From Candidatus Babeliales bacterium (lineage in GTDB: Bacteria; Babelota; Babeliae; Babelales; Vermiphilaceae): a stretch of 64,000 nucleotides of DNA. A program made the position numbers and the translations under genes. Location of the stretch: the NCBI GenBank assembly GCA_963743635.1, contig CAVUQO010000002.1:480001-544000 (forward strand), given 5' to 3'. Positions 51,066-62,261 of this stretch are shown here, piece after piece. How positions within the stretch are numbered: position 1 is the first letter of the stretch; the number at the start of each line of letters is the position of its first letter. The notes beneath the pieces are model-generated. The model had not been told where the DNA came from. It ran no database searches and saw only the letters and a list, made by a program, of their open reading frames with translations.

Positions 51066-51959
51066 TCACACAATGTTCTGTGTTTGTTCACGCGCTTTTT
51101 CAAGTTCAACTTTCACGTTAATGGCAAGAGATCCGATCGTTGCATCGGAACATTTTGCTGCAATGGTGTTAATTTCACGTGCAAGTTCTTGCAGGGTGAA
51201 ATCGAGTCGTTTACCTTTTTCGATGGAATCTGATTTCAGATGCGCGGTGAGACTTTTCAGATGAGTTTTGAATCGAACGATTTCTTCGTGGATGTCCATT
51301 TTATCAAGGAGCGTATACAGCGTGTTTTTATGAAAATCATTCGCTTTGGTTTCATCTTCGGTCATCTCTTTGAGCGCAGCATGAAGTTTTTCTTTTTGTG
51401 CTTCCATCAGACCAGCAGAATTGTGTTCAATAGTCTCGATCTCTTTTTGCATGATCGCAATGCGTTGAGTGATATCTTCATGCAATGTTTTACCTTCAAC
51501 TTCTTGCGTTTCAATAACTTCATCAATCAGTTGTTTTGTGGTTTGTAAAATCAGTTCCGTTGATGCGGCATCAAGACTTTTTTCAGCGAGATTAAAGACG
51601 TTGGGCAGCTGAAGAATGTTATCTAGTGTGAGCGATCCTTCGAGCTTGCAGTCCTTTTTTATGATATCGATTGCGTGTAAATATTCATGTACGATTGAAA
51701 GGGATGGTTCAACAACGCTTTTAAATGCATTGGGCGTATTAGTATTGATCGTAAAGTAGATGTGTCCGCGATAGAGATGCTGCTTGAGGAGTTTGGTAAT
51801 CTCTGTTTCAAGATTACTAAGCGGGTAGGGCAATTTGCAGGTTACTTCAAAAAAGCGAGAATTGAGTGATTTAAGACTGATGGCAACTTGGGCTTTGCTC
51901 CCATCTTCAAGGGTAAACACTAAGCTCTTGGTCGCAAAACCGGTCATACTTCGAATCAT
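51066..51959 (-). CDS. yicC: YicC/YloC family endoribonuclease
   Basis: MIRSMTGF, KSLNSRF, DIHEEIVR, GKRLDF..QE..REINT, ELEK.REQ.QN. Confidence 0.93.
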   Translation of the reverse strand: MIRSMTGFATKSLVFTLEDGSKAQVAISLKSLNSRFFEVTCKLPYPLSNLETEITKLLKQHLYRGHIYFTINTNTPNAFKSVVEPSLSIVHEYLHAIDIIKKDCKLEGSLTLDNILQLPNVFNLAEKSLDAASTELILQTTKQLIDEVIETQEVEGKTLHEDITQRIAIMQKEIETIEHNSAGLMEAQKEKLHAALKEMTEDETKANDFHKNTLYTLLDKMDIHEEIVRFKTHLKSLTAHLKSDSIEKGKRLDFTLQELAREINTIAAKCSDATIGSLAINVKVELEKAREQTQNIV

Positions 51960-51972
51960 AAACGCCTTTTAG

Positions 51973-52690
51973 TTATACGAGGTTTGAGAATACATTTTGC
52001 ACATCATCATGATCTTCAAGTTCAGTCAAAAACTTGTAGACTTCTTCACTATCCGAATCAGAAAGTTCTATGGTGTTTTTAGGTACCCATTCAAGATCAG
52101 CGCTTTCGATTTTAAATCCTAATTTAATAAGCTTGTCTTTGATTGGTTCAATGGATTTAGGATTGCAATAAATAGAGAAGAATCCTTCATCATTTTTAAT
52201 TTCATCCACATCATATTCCAGCAGGTGCTCGAGTAAATCATCTTCAGTGATACCTTGCTTTTCGGCGCGTACTACACCTTTGCGTTCAAACATCCAGCTG
52301 ACGGTTCCAGTTTCCCCCAAGCTAGCGCCATGAGAGGTAAAGAGTCTACGAATTTCGGCAACGGTGCGATTTTTGTTGTCAGTTAAGCGCTTCGATTACG
52401 ATGGCAACATTATGTGGGCCATAGCCTTCATACATAATGTGCTCATAATTTGCGCCAGTGGTATCGCTAGTGCCGCGCTTGATGGCGCGTATTGCATTTT
52501 CTTGTGGCATATTGATTGCTTTGCTTTTATCCAAGAGCAATCGTAAGCGTGGATTGCCAGCAGGATCTCCGCCGCCAAGTCGTGCACATACCGATATTTC
52601 TTTGATAAGTTTGGTAAACGCTTTGCCGCGTTTTGAATCTTCTACTGCTTTTTTTCGTTTAATGGTAGACCATTTTGAATGACCGGACAT
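51973..52690 (-). CDS. yebC: YebC/PmpR family protein, one frameshift
   Basis: [44 protein letters not shown]. Confidence 0.94.
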
Positions 52691-52802
52691 AGCCAGTTTC
52701 TCCTGACCAACATATATAATGTATAAAATACTTGTTTTGTTAATATCCTATCGTTTTATACTCGAGATGTCGAATGGTTATACCACATAACAGGGAGGAA
52801 GT

Positions 52803-53105
52803 ATGACTAGACGTTTTTTACTACTATTGAGTGTCACGTGTATGGGGTATGCGATGAATAATGGCCGGTTTGCTGATGCGATAAATGGGCGACAGTACAA
52901 TGAAAATCAGAGGTTATTGAATAGACAGCGCGATCAAGAAAACTGCGTGCAGGCTGTCGTGAGGTATTGCACTGATCGTCGCGCTGGTGCATTAATAGTG
53001 TGTGGTAATTGTTTGTGTGCAGGGCTTATTGGGGTGGCATGTTGGCATGCAGGGTGTGTAGATGCAGGACAGGCGAGTCGAATAGTTGCACAGGTAATGC
53101 AATAA
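52803..53105 (+). CDS. Small exported hypothetical protein with Cys-rich hydrophobic C-terminus
   Basis: GGAGG RBS, signal GYA-M. Confidence 0.55.
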   Translation: MTRRFLLLLSVTCMGYAMNNGRFADAINGRQYNENQRLLNRQRDQENCVQAVVRYCTDRRAGALIVCGNCLCAGLIGVACWHAGCVDAGQASRIVAQVMQ

Positions 53106-53119
53106 AAGGGGGATGGCCA

Positions 53120-53512
53120 ATGCGTCTTTTTCTATTGGTGGCTCTGAGTAGTTCATGTTTGAGTTACGGCATGAATGACAATAATAATAACAATAATAAT
53201 GGGTATTGCAGTGAGGTAGCGATGCAATATTGTTGTGGTCTTTTGACGGAAAGTATTATCGCGCGATACAGTGCAGAGCGGCAAGCGCTCTTAACTCTGG
53301 GAATATACAGCAATCTCCGAGTATCGGGGAGCGTACGTGCCGTGCATGTTGTGCTCGCCATTGGGGCAAGATATGTTGCTGCTGCTCGTGTTGTTGTGTA
53401 TCGGTTGCTGGTGGAGCAATTGCGTTTGCGGGAGGGCATAAGGCGGGGTGTTGATGCGATGAAGAAAAGTGCTAATACGGGCGGTAATGCAGTAGTTTTT
53501 AGCGCAAAATAG
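53120..53512 (+). CDS. Small exported hypothetical protein with poly-Asn tract
   Basis: Signal SYG-M then poly-N; 3' part uncertain. Confidence 0.45.
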   Translation: MRLFLLVALSSSCLSYGMNDNNNNNNNGYCSEVAMQYCCGLLTESIIARYSAERQALLTLGIYSNLRVSGSVRAVHVVLAIGARYVAAARVVVYRLLVEQLRLREGIRRGVDAMKKSANTGGNAVVFSAK

Positions 53513-54521
53513 TATTTTGTCCCAAGAAACGCTGCTTTAAGAGCGCCAATTTTTTGGGGGAATTTGTCGGCCGCGGGGTGTTTTTTCAAGATAGCCTTTT
53601 TGCATAAGAAACGGTTCATAGACCGCCTCGATGGTATCTTTATCTTCACCAATAATTGATGCGAGTGTTTCCAATCCAACAGGGCCGCCATTAAAATGTT
53701 CCATAATTTTTTGCAGAAGCATGAGATCAACTTTGGTCAGACCTTCGGCATCGAGTGCCTAAGAAAGTCAAGTGCTTCATTCACCAATTTTTCATCGGCA
53801 ATATTTTGATTGTTAACTTGCGCGAAATCTCGCACTCTGCGCAAAATTTTCTTTGCAATGCGGGGTGTTCCGCGTGCACAGCGCGCAATTTGAGCGCTGA
53901 TTGCATCGATAATTCAAGTGCAAGAAAACGGGCACTTTGCAGAATAATGTCGCGCAGTTCTTCATCGTTATAAAAATCGAGTCGTTCAATAATGCCAAAG
54001 CGGCTGCGCAATGGCGCGGAAATCATACCACTTTTGGTGGTGGCGCCGACAAGCGTAAAGGGATTGATCGGTAGATTGATCGATTTTGCGCCTGCGCCTT
54101 GACCAATAATGACGTCAATCCGAAAATGTTCCATCGCATTGTAAAGCACTTCTTCAACATTGCTAGGCATGCGGTGAATTTCATCAATAAATAAAATATC
54201 GCGTGCATCTAAACTGGATAAAATGGCCACCAAATCGCCGGTGCGTTCCATCATGGGGCCACTGCAAATTTTAATATTGGTGCCCATAACGTGTGCCATA
54301 ATTTGTGAAAGCGTAGTTTTACCAAGTCCAGGAGGCCCGAAAAGCAGCAGATGATCGAGCGGTTCATTGCGCATTTTTGCAGCTTGCGTATAAACTGCTA
54401 ATTTTTCCTTGAGCTCTTTTTGCCCCAAATAATCATCAAATGTTTTGGGGACAAAATCGTGTGTTTTTTCTTCGGGAGTTTCGTGGAGGGTCAGAAACTC
54501 AATACCGTTGATTTCTTCCAT
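53499..54521 (-). CDS. ruvB: Holliday junction helicase RuvB, frameshifted at the 3' end
   Basis: [21 protein letters not shown]...PLRSRFG, GGPVGL, EPFL...G.LEKTPRGR. Confidence 0.95.
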
Positions 54522-54760
54522 GGATGGCACTTTTGATTAAAGGGTTGCACTTGGAATGGAGTGTATACCAAAGCAGTATGGTTGTGAAATGATATGCATG
54601 ATTTTTGCAAATGCGTTGCAAAAATTTTTGACGAGATAGTAGATTGGTTTCAGCCTTAGAGCCTATATTTTTTATGATCATATTTATTGAGGAAATATAC
54701 TTCTGGAGCTTGTTTTTTGCAAATGTTCTTTAGATTGAATTCACGTTAAGGTGGGTAATT

Positions 54761-57700
54761 ATGTTTCTTAAATTCTCGAAAAATTTTCAGATGTTTTTCA
54801 TCTGGGGTGTAATCGAAAGCTTATTGCTTTCAGGCTCTCTTTTGGCCGCTACAATTCAAGTCACCAATACCGACGGTGGGTCATATCTACCTGGTTCTCT
54901 AGGCCTTGCTATTCAGCAAGCCCAAGATGGTGACATCGTCGACTGTTCACCTATCGCCGGACAAACAATCAGTGTGTCAGGGGAGCGCCTATCACCAATT
55001 GTATCTTCTTGCACTATTTTGGGCAGTGGCGTGATCATCGATGGCGGCAGTGAATATCCCGTTTTCTCGTCAGCCCAAGGCTCGGCTAGCATTACTGATT
55101 TCATCATTCAAAATGGGCTTTCGCAAGGCGGCGCTGGAGGTCTTGGGCAAACCGGCGGGGGCGGCGGAACCGGTGGCGGTGGTGCTCTTTATATACACTC
55201 AGGCACTACTTTGACCATCTCTGCAATAAGTCTCAATACCAACCAAGCCATTGGTGGTGCTGGCGGCGCTGGTAACACCGGCGGCTCTGGCGGCGGCGGT
55301 GGCGGTTTTGGCGGTGGGAGGGGTGGCGTTTCGACGCATACTGGTTCTACTGCTGGCGCGGGCGGTGGCGGCGGTGGAAATAATGGTGGATTCATGGTGG
55401 ACTCAAGGGGCTGGGTCACCCAATACGTTTTGCAAATTATGCCGGTGCTGGCGGTGGCGGGGAGATTCCTTCTGAATATGTGCCTGCGGGACACGGAGGT
55501 AGCGTTGCCGCTACTTATACGACTCCTGCCATAAATGGTGGAGGGGGGCTCGGGCAGCGCAACTAATGGTGCAGGAGGCGGAGGCGGCGCTGGCTCGGGT
55601 GGAAGCGGTTCGCAGGGTTCTGATTCGATCGATGAGGGGGGAAGTGGTATAGGGGGTGCTGGCGGTTTAGGCATCGGCGCTGAATTATGGTGCTGGTGGT
55701 GGAGGCGGCGGCGGAAATGGCGGTGGCGCAGGCCATGGCATAAGTGGCGGTGGCGGAGGATTTAATGGTCCTGGAGGTTCGGAGGTATTTTGGGCGGCGG
55801 AGGCGGTGCTTCAAGCAGTAGTGCGGGTGGCAATGGCGGTTTCGGTGCGGGCGGTAGGCGGAGGCCATGGTGGTGGCGTCGATATTTATGGCCTCGGTGG
55901 AGCGGGTGGCTCAGCAACAGACGAGCCTGCAGGCGGCGGCGGAGGATCTGGACTTGGCGGAGCCATATTCATTCAAAAAGGGGCCCAACTCATCATTCAA
56001 GATGGCGTCAGTTTTTCTGGCAACTCGACGACCGCTGGAATGGGCGGTACAGCAGCGGGATACGGTAGTGGAGAAAATGGATCTTCTCTTGGACAAGATA
56101 TCTTTATCCAGTCGGGAGGAAGTCTTAACTTTCAGGTCAATGGTGCATTAATACTTTCCAATCCAATTGAGGGAGCGGGTTTTTTATCCGAAGCCACGGA
56201 GCCTGGACTCATTAAATCGGGCACGGGGACTGTTAGTCTGACTGGTGCTAATACTTATCTGGGCGGTACCCTCATTCAATCGGGAACATTGAACTTGAAT
56301 GGATCTGTCAGTGGAGATGTGAATATCGAATCAGGCGGCACATTATCGGGCAATGCAATTGTTAATGGTAACATCTATAGTAATGGATCGATCTCACCAG
56401 GTAATTCGATCGGCGAAATTTTTACTACCGATCTCTATTTATATCCTACAAGCATCTATAACGTCGAAGTCAACTCTGCAGGCGATAGCAATATAATCAC
56501 TGCGTCTGGATTCGCTCAGATTGGCGGTGGTGTCGTAGTGAGCCCTGATAATTTCAATTTCACGACGCCACTTACCTACACCATCATCAGTACGAGCACC
56601 GGCGTGATCGGAGAATTTTCTTCGCTCACCAGTTCCGTTCCATCTCTCATGAGTTTGATTTATAACCCTCTGACCGTTCAACTCACTTACTTGCCGTTAG
56701 ATGCCATCGGTCTTACATGCAATGCGCGCAACGCTGCAAACTGTTTTGCTACGCTTTCAGCGCTTCCAGGGTCAGATGCAGCAACGATCAGCAATGCTTT
56801 GCTTGCTTTAAACTTTGATAGCATCGAGGCAGCCTTTGAACAGATGAGTCCTGCGCAGTTTTCGGGTCCTACAGAAGTTCAACTTCTCGATGCCATCCTC
56901 GTTCGTTCTACTTACACCAAACATTTGCAAAAATTTTGTTTCAATCAAGATCCGTATTATGAACAACCGCTCAGTCTTTGGATCGATGGCATTGCTCAAT
57001 GGCAGAATCAAGGAAATCCATTTGGATATAAGGACACCACTGCCGGCGCTACGATCGGCCTCGATTACTTCATTCGTGACTGGCTCTTGGGATTGGCTTT
57101 CAGCGTCACGAACGATCACTGCCATTTGAAACAGTGCGCTGGCAAAGCCACTATTAACAGCTATTACGGAGGATTATACGGCTGTTGGAATCGCGATCGA
57201 TTTTATCTGAATGCCGCCGTTCTCGGCGCGTTCAACAAATATAAGACCACGCGCCAACTCAATTTTGGCACCATCGAACGATGTGCGTACTCTCAACATA
57301 ATGGGAATGAGTGGTTGCCTCATGTGGGCTTTGGGTATCAAGCGCGCTCGCCTCATTTCCAGTGGACTCCTTACCTCAATCTCGATTATGTCCTAGAGCA
57401 TGAGCAGAGCTACACTGAAAGTGGCGCTGATAGTCTTAACCTCCACGTGAACTCCAAAAATGCAAGACTCTTTCAAGGAGAGGTTGGAATTTCTCTGAGC
57501 ACTACCTATGAAGCTGGTAATGGCGTGTTTATGCCAATACTTAGTTTGGCGTATATAAACCAAACTCCTTGCGCGAGCAAACAGTACGGTGCAAATTTCG
57601 TAAATTCTTGCTGCTCGTTTACTGGTAAGGGCGGGAACTATGAACGAAATTTATTTGTCCCTCGTCTGGCTTTCATTTATCAAGGTTTCTGCGATGTCTC

Positions 57701-57776
57701 GATCTATTATGACGGCCAGGTAGGTAATAAATACTGGGCTCAAGACGTGGTATTTGATCTCACGTTCCATTTCTAA
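54761..57776 (+). CDS. Autotransporter with Gly-rich passenger and PATR repeat, frameshifted in the Gly-rich part
   Basis: Signal peptide; GGx repeats; LIKSGTGTVSLTGANTYLGGTLIQSGTLNL; SPGNSIG; C-terminal barrel ending LTFHF. Confidence 0.88.
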
Positions 57777-57777
57777 T

Positions 57778-58887
57778 TTAAATGTGCATATCAATATAGA
57801 ATCTGCGCATTGAAATGCCATTTAACCAGCCGAGTGATGCAAGTGTAATCCATAAATTACTCACGCCGTAACTGATGAGCGGTAGCGGGATGCCGACGAT
57901 GGGCAGTAAGTCAGTTACCATGCAGATATTAATGAGTGCCGAAAATACGATATGCATCAAGAGTCCTGTGGCAAGGACTTGAATTGCCAAGTGCTTGATG
58001 GTAGCTACCATGGCAAAGAGGCGAGAAAAGAGCAGGATGTACAGTAAGATAATGATTAGTACGCCGCAAAAACCAACCTCTTCTGCAATCACTGCAAAAA
58101 TAAAATCGGTACGACTTTCAGGTAAAAAAAAGAGCTGGTTTTGAGTGCCTTGTAAGAATCCTTTGCCGGTCATGCCGCCCGATCCAATGGCAATTTTTGA
58201 TTGTTCAATTTGATAGCGCTCTTTCTGCGAGCTGCCATAACCGAAAAATACGAAAATGCGTTGCTGCTGATAGGGTTTGAGGCAATGCCATAAAACGGGT
58301 GCTGCAATGGCACATGCCAAAAAGCCGCAGATGAAAAACTGCTTATCAACGCCGGCGACCCAGAGCATGCTGAAGGTAGCGAATACTAAAATTAGTGCGG
58401 TGCCCAAATCTGGTTGTTTAACGATTAATAAAAAGCTGATAGCAAGGAGTATAAAGATGGGGATGAAATCTTTGAACGTTAGTTTGCGTTCATAATGGGT
58501 GTAAAGGTAATAGCCAAAAAATGCCGGAAAACATAATTTTGTAAGCTCAGATGGTTGCACTTTAATAATACCCAAATTAATCCATCGCTGCCCACCCATG
58601 CCAATATGCCCCTTAATAATCGTAAATATTAAAAGTCCGATGAGGATGAAATATGCAAAATATCCCCAACGCATAAGCGATCGATAATCGGTGAACACAA
58701 AGATGAGATAGATGATAAATCCAGAGATGCAGCCAATGAGTTGCTTATAAAAGAAGGTAGAGTAGGGCTGATCAACGCGATACGTTGCGCTGTAAACTGC
58801 AACTAAACCGATGCCAACCAAAATGAGCGTGAGTATGAAACTCACCCAATCAAAATCGCGTATATGATAACTTTTTATACGTGCCAT
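57778..58887 (-). CDS. rodA: Rod shape-determining protein RodA (SEDS)
   Basis: GGQRWI, QPSE..K, QPDLGT, QSKIAIGSGG..GKG, LPESRTDFIF, GIPLPLISYG. Confidence 0.93.
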   Translation of the reverse strand: MARIKSYHIRDFDWVSFILTLILVGIGLVAVYSATYRVDQPYSTFFYKQLIGCISGFIIYLIFVFTDYRSLMRWGYFAYFILIGLLIFTIIKGHIGMGGQRWINLGIIKVQPSELTKLCFPAFFGYYLYTHYERKLTFKDFIPIFILLAISFLLIVKQPDLGTALILVFATFSMLWVAGVDKQFFICGFLACAIAAPVLWHCLKPYQQQRIFVFFGYGSSQKERYQIEQSKIAIGSGGMTGKGFLQGTQNQLFFLPESRTDFIFAVIAEEVGFCGVLIIILLYILLFSRLFAMVATIKHLAIQVLATGLLMHIVFSALINICMVTDLLPIVGIPLPLISYGVSNLWITLASLGWLNGISMRRFYIDMHI

Positions 58888-59005
58888 TAAAAAACCTTTA
58901 GTATTGAGATGCTACTAGGATAGCCTGATTTTCAGTTATGTACAAAATGATGATAGTGTATTATGGTTGCTGTATTGAGCATTGATTTGTTTTAAGGGGT
59001 CATTA

Positions 59006-59449
59006 ATGAAAAATGTGATGTTGAGCATGATGTTATTTAGTGCATTTGCTTTAAATGCAATGGATGGCAATAATTTTGAAGGTGGGCGTGATCTAGAAGC
59101 GGGCACCGCCATGTCCGATTTTAGCAATCATCACATTCAAATGCTACCGGCGCATTATCCATCATTGACTCCGGAAATAACGCCGCATGCATTGCTTTTA
59201 GAGCATCAATATCAAGACCATTCGCCATCAGCATCGCCAACGACGCTGTTGAATGTCTATGTGCCTCAAGCGGTCGATAATAATGCCGAGAATCGCTATT
59301 ATATCCATGGAAATCGATTGCTTCATTATGTGCGAATTCCTTTTTTGCATAATGAGACAAAAATGTACGGAGCGGGGTTAGCTGTATTTGCCCTTGGTGC
59401 GATAATAGGATTGAAAGCGAGTCCTTGGTTGAACGGATGCAATCAATGA
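59006..59449 (+). CDS. Hypothetical exported protein with C-terminal TM
   Basis: AAGGGG RBS, signal LNA-M, C-terminal hydrophobic helix. Confidence 0.62.
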   Translation: MKNVMLSMMLFSAFALNAMDGNNFEGGRDLEAGTAMSDFSNHHIQMLPAHYPSLTPEITPHALLLEHQYQDHSPSASPTTLLNVYVPQAVDNNAENRYYIHGNRLLHYVRIPFLHNETKMYGAGLAVFALGAIIGLKASPWLNGCNQ

Positions 59450-59455
59450 TGATTG

Positions 59456-60280
59456 TTAGATTTGGCAAATTTCAACTGATTCATTAACTATCGCTTCGAT
59501 TTCTTTTTGAGAAAATCCTAATTTTTTTAAAATGTGAGCATGCTTTTCTACGTCATGACACAAGACCACATTTTCTCCTATGAGCATTCTCTTTTGACTT
59601 CCACTCAAACTCGTGAGTGCCGTGACCGGATGCAATCCATATTTGGCCACAAGGTCGGGCAAGGACTTGCCCTCGGGGTACGACCATCCAAGGAGCTGAA
59701 TGTTTCGACATTCGGCAAATTTGATGGCTTGCGTGGTGAATTTGGTATTGGTCACGATCCATGCTTGGTGAAATTCTGGCGCTCGCTTTTTTCCCCATGC
59801 TTCCTTTACATCATCAAATCGCGCTTTGACGTAGAGTGATACTTTTACATCGCATTTCAAATCCTGACGCCCGTGAAATTTACATTCAACCATATATCGT
59901 TCGTTATTGTTGGTGCAAATGGCATCGATTTCATGGTCGACGCAGTGGCCCGTCACAATTTCATTCGTGGTTACCGTATATCCTTCTTTGCGAAACAGGT
60001 CGGCGATGTATTGCTCGAAGGGAAATCCTGCGGGTCCTAATTCAAGGAGTGCTTGCTTTAAGCTATAGCGGCCGCCAAATGATGGTTTTGTCTTTTTCAA
60101 ATGGCTGTATGCAAATTCGTAAATCTTTTGCGTGGTACGCAAGTCCGTATTTTTTGTAACTTCTTCAAGGATTTCTTGAATCAGCTCTTCCGGCGCTCTT
60201 GATTTGCGCAGAGACCGTTTTAATTTTTCCGGATCGAATAATTCTTTCTCACCCGACATTTTCGTTATATAAAAGGACAT
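59456..60280 (-). CDS. ATP-cone plus Mrr-like (PD-D/ExK) endonuclease domain protein
   Basis: ITKMSGEKELFDPEKL..SL ATP cone; G.PFE...HEID...VECK...VTNTKFT.QA. Confidence 0.85.
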   Translation of the reverse strand: MSFYITKMSGEKELFDPEKLKRSLRKSRAPEELIQEILEEVTKNTDLRTTQKIYEFAYSHLKKTKPSFGGRYSLKQALLELGPAGFPFEQYIADLFRKEGYTVTTNEIVTGHCVDHEIDAICTNNNERYMVECKFHGRQDLKCDVKVSLYVKARFDDVKEAWGKKRAPEFHQAWIVTNTKFTTQAIKFAECRNIQLLGWSYPEGKSLPDLVAKYGLHPVTALTSLSGSQKRMLIGENVVLCHDVEKHAHILKKLGFSQKEIEAIVNESVEICQI

Positions 60281-60866
60281 TGTTCACCACCATGCGTAAT
60301 AGTTGGGGTATTTTGTTCACGCTCTCAAGGGTAGCCGCGAAAGAGGTCTGATGTAAATAGTAGCGTATTTGAACTCTCAAATAGGTTTAAGTAGTGAATG
60401 GATTCTTGTTGCAAAAAGAGGGCCCAACCTGTCGGCAGGACCATGTCCATTTTTCAGCATGAAAGAATACGGGGTTTTGGGCGCCGCGTTGCCACAGTGA
60501 TGCTCTCTGGAAAGAGCGTTAAAACTGTGCATAATATGCGCGAGTGCAATAAAAGCAACGCGTTTTTGAATTATCAGCCTGCACGGTGTTGCGAGTGTCT
60601 TTTTGTCTCATTTGTAATGATTTTAAAATATTTTTTTTTAATTTTAACATTAACTATGTGAAAGGTTTTTGATTTATCAAGGTTCGGTGACGCTTGTTTT
60701 TGCATTTTTGAGGATGTCAGGCAGAAATCTGTGCTTTTTGTGCTTTTGGTGTGCTTGCTTATAACTTTTTTTGAGTTATACATGGATTAATATATTAAGA
60801 AAAACTTTAAATATTGAGGGATTTTTGTGCGGATAAATGAATAATGCAGGCAGCGATCTAATCCAG

Positions 60867-60948
60867 GCTTCATTTGTTCAGTCTGCGCTTCCTGCGGAAG
60901 CTACTTCTGACAAGCCGGCCTGTCCGACATAGCCGTAGGCGACGACGG
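60867..60948 (-). repeat. GC-rich intergenic REP-like element, copy 2
   Basis: Reverse complement aligns to 2971..3074. Confidence 0.75.
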
Positions 60949-61029
60949 AACTTTCTATTCGCATGAAGACGAGGACAAAAACTAAGTTTTTTTATGCGAA
61001 TGAAACGCCATATAACTGGAGTAAGAGAC

Positions 61030-61377
61030 ATGAAACCAATCAAAATCATAGGATACCTCCTCGTGATTGCAGCGCTTGAAGGGGCGGTGCAAGAGTATCT
61101 GAGGATGACCGCATCACATGCGAAAGAGGATCCTTATTATTATGGGGATTATCATAATCCCGTGCGAAAGGATGATCGAAAGAAGGAATCGACTCATTCA
61201 TGGTACGAGATTGTGTTGGCGATCATGCAGAGCCTGTGGGCGATGTTGGTTCGCACTGTACAATCAATGTGGCATGCTATTCGCGAATGGGTTGAACTTG
61301 TACTGATAGTTTTTGAATGTTCAGAACTCGTTCATAAACTTGCAGGACGGTTCAATTTGTGGGGAGGATTGCAGTAG
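61030..61377 (+). CDS. Hypothetical membrane protein
   Basis: ORF with hydrophobic N-terminus and Trp-rich amphipathic C-terminus; terminator downstream. Confidence 0.5.
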   Translation: MKPIKIIGYLLVIAALEGAVQEYLRMTASHAKEDPYYYGDYHNPVRKDDRKKESTHSWYEIVLAIMQSLWAMLVRTVQSMWHAIREWVELVLIVFECSELVHKLAGRFNLWGGLQ

Positions 61378-61438
61378 GTGCGTGTGCGGGAAAGGGTGCG
61401 CCTTGAATGGCGCATTCTCCTTGCGCAATGAGATTAAT

Positions 61439-61472
61439 AAAAAAGGCTCTCTTCAAACAAAGGGAGCCTTTT
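61439..61472. terminator. Bidirectional terminator
   Basis: aaaaaaggctctctt..aagggagcctttt. Confidence 0.75.
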
Positions 61473-61491
61473 AAACTGAGTGCTGAGGATG

Positions 61492-62055
61492 TTATTCGGT
61501 TGGAGTAATTTTTTTAACTTCTTCTTGTCTTACCAAGACCCACTTCAAACCTTGTTCACCGATTTGTTGTCTTGCAGGAATATGGTCCATTTGTGTATCT
61601 GGAATGAGTTGGCGCTGCATGTCGTTGTATCTGATTTCTTCGCCTGCTGCAATTAGACAACCTAAAATGGATAAACCAGCGGGTAAAGACGTGTCTACTT
61701 TATGGACTAAACCGTAGACGTGAGTAGCGACGCCTAAAGTTCCAAGGACAACCTTGGCGAAGGACGCATTTCCTTTTCTCGCGTCAAGTAATGCGACTGC
61801 TTGAGGACCGAATGCTTTGTAAGTGCGGCGTAGCGTTACGTTATTATTGTTGTTGTTATCATTGTTATTATTTGTTGATTCTACATGGTCATAACTAATT
61901 TTGTAGCGGGCTTGTCCCAAAAGTGAACGTGTGTCTACAGGGTAGTCTTTGCTGAGAGTTATGATTTCTGCAAGTCCTTTGCTTCCACTGGGGCTTGCAT
62001 GAAGGTTGCCCATAGTTGAGATCAGTAATGCTGCTGCAATAATGCGGTTATTCAT
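61492..62055 (-). CDS. Hypothetical exported protein with poly-Asn tract and hydrophobic hairpin
   Basis: AAAGG RBS, signal NLHA, NNNNDNNNNNN, two hydrophobic segments. Confidence 0.68.
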   Translation of the reverse strand: MNNRIIAAALLISTMGNLHASPSGSKGLAEIITLSKDYPVDTRSLLGQARYKISYDHVESTNNNNDNNNNNNVTLRRTYKAFGPQAVALLDARKGNASFAKVVLGTLGVATHVYGLVHKVDTSLPAGLSILGCLIAAGEEIRYNDMQRQLIPDTQMDHIPARQQIGEQGLKWVLVRQEEVKKITPTE

Positions 62056-62190
62056 AATCGCCTTTCATTGTGGTTTTTAAGGAGATTTTTATCGCATATA
62101 AGGTTACTGCAAATCATGTGTATTGCAATAGAAATGTGATTGCTATTGCCGTAATTCTGTATAACGTGATATCGCGCTTGATATTACAAT

Positions 62191-62235
62191 AAAAAAGGCG
62201 CTCTCTTTAACCGAGGTAAAAGAGAGCGCCTTTTT
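62191..62235. terminator. Intrinsic terminator
   Basis: aaaaaaggcgctctcttt..aaagagagcgccttttt. Confidence 0.85.
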
Positions 62236-62261
62236 ATGAGAGATTGTGTTACGAAATTAGG

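Noticed and set aside
55189..55868. Pro-rich ORFs on the - strand
   Set aside because: Antisense shadows of the Gly-rich autotransporter passenger.
29972..57776. Numerous frameshifts in dnaE, pyrG, ppsA, ruvB, yebC, the antiporter and the autotransporter as pseudogenisation or programmed frameshifting
   Set aside because: Essential genes are hit repeatedly, catalytic motifs stay intact across frames, and no shared slippery site was seen. This is best explained as indel errors of the assembly; read mapping would confirm.
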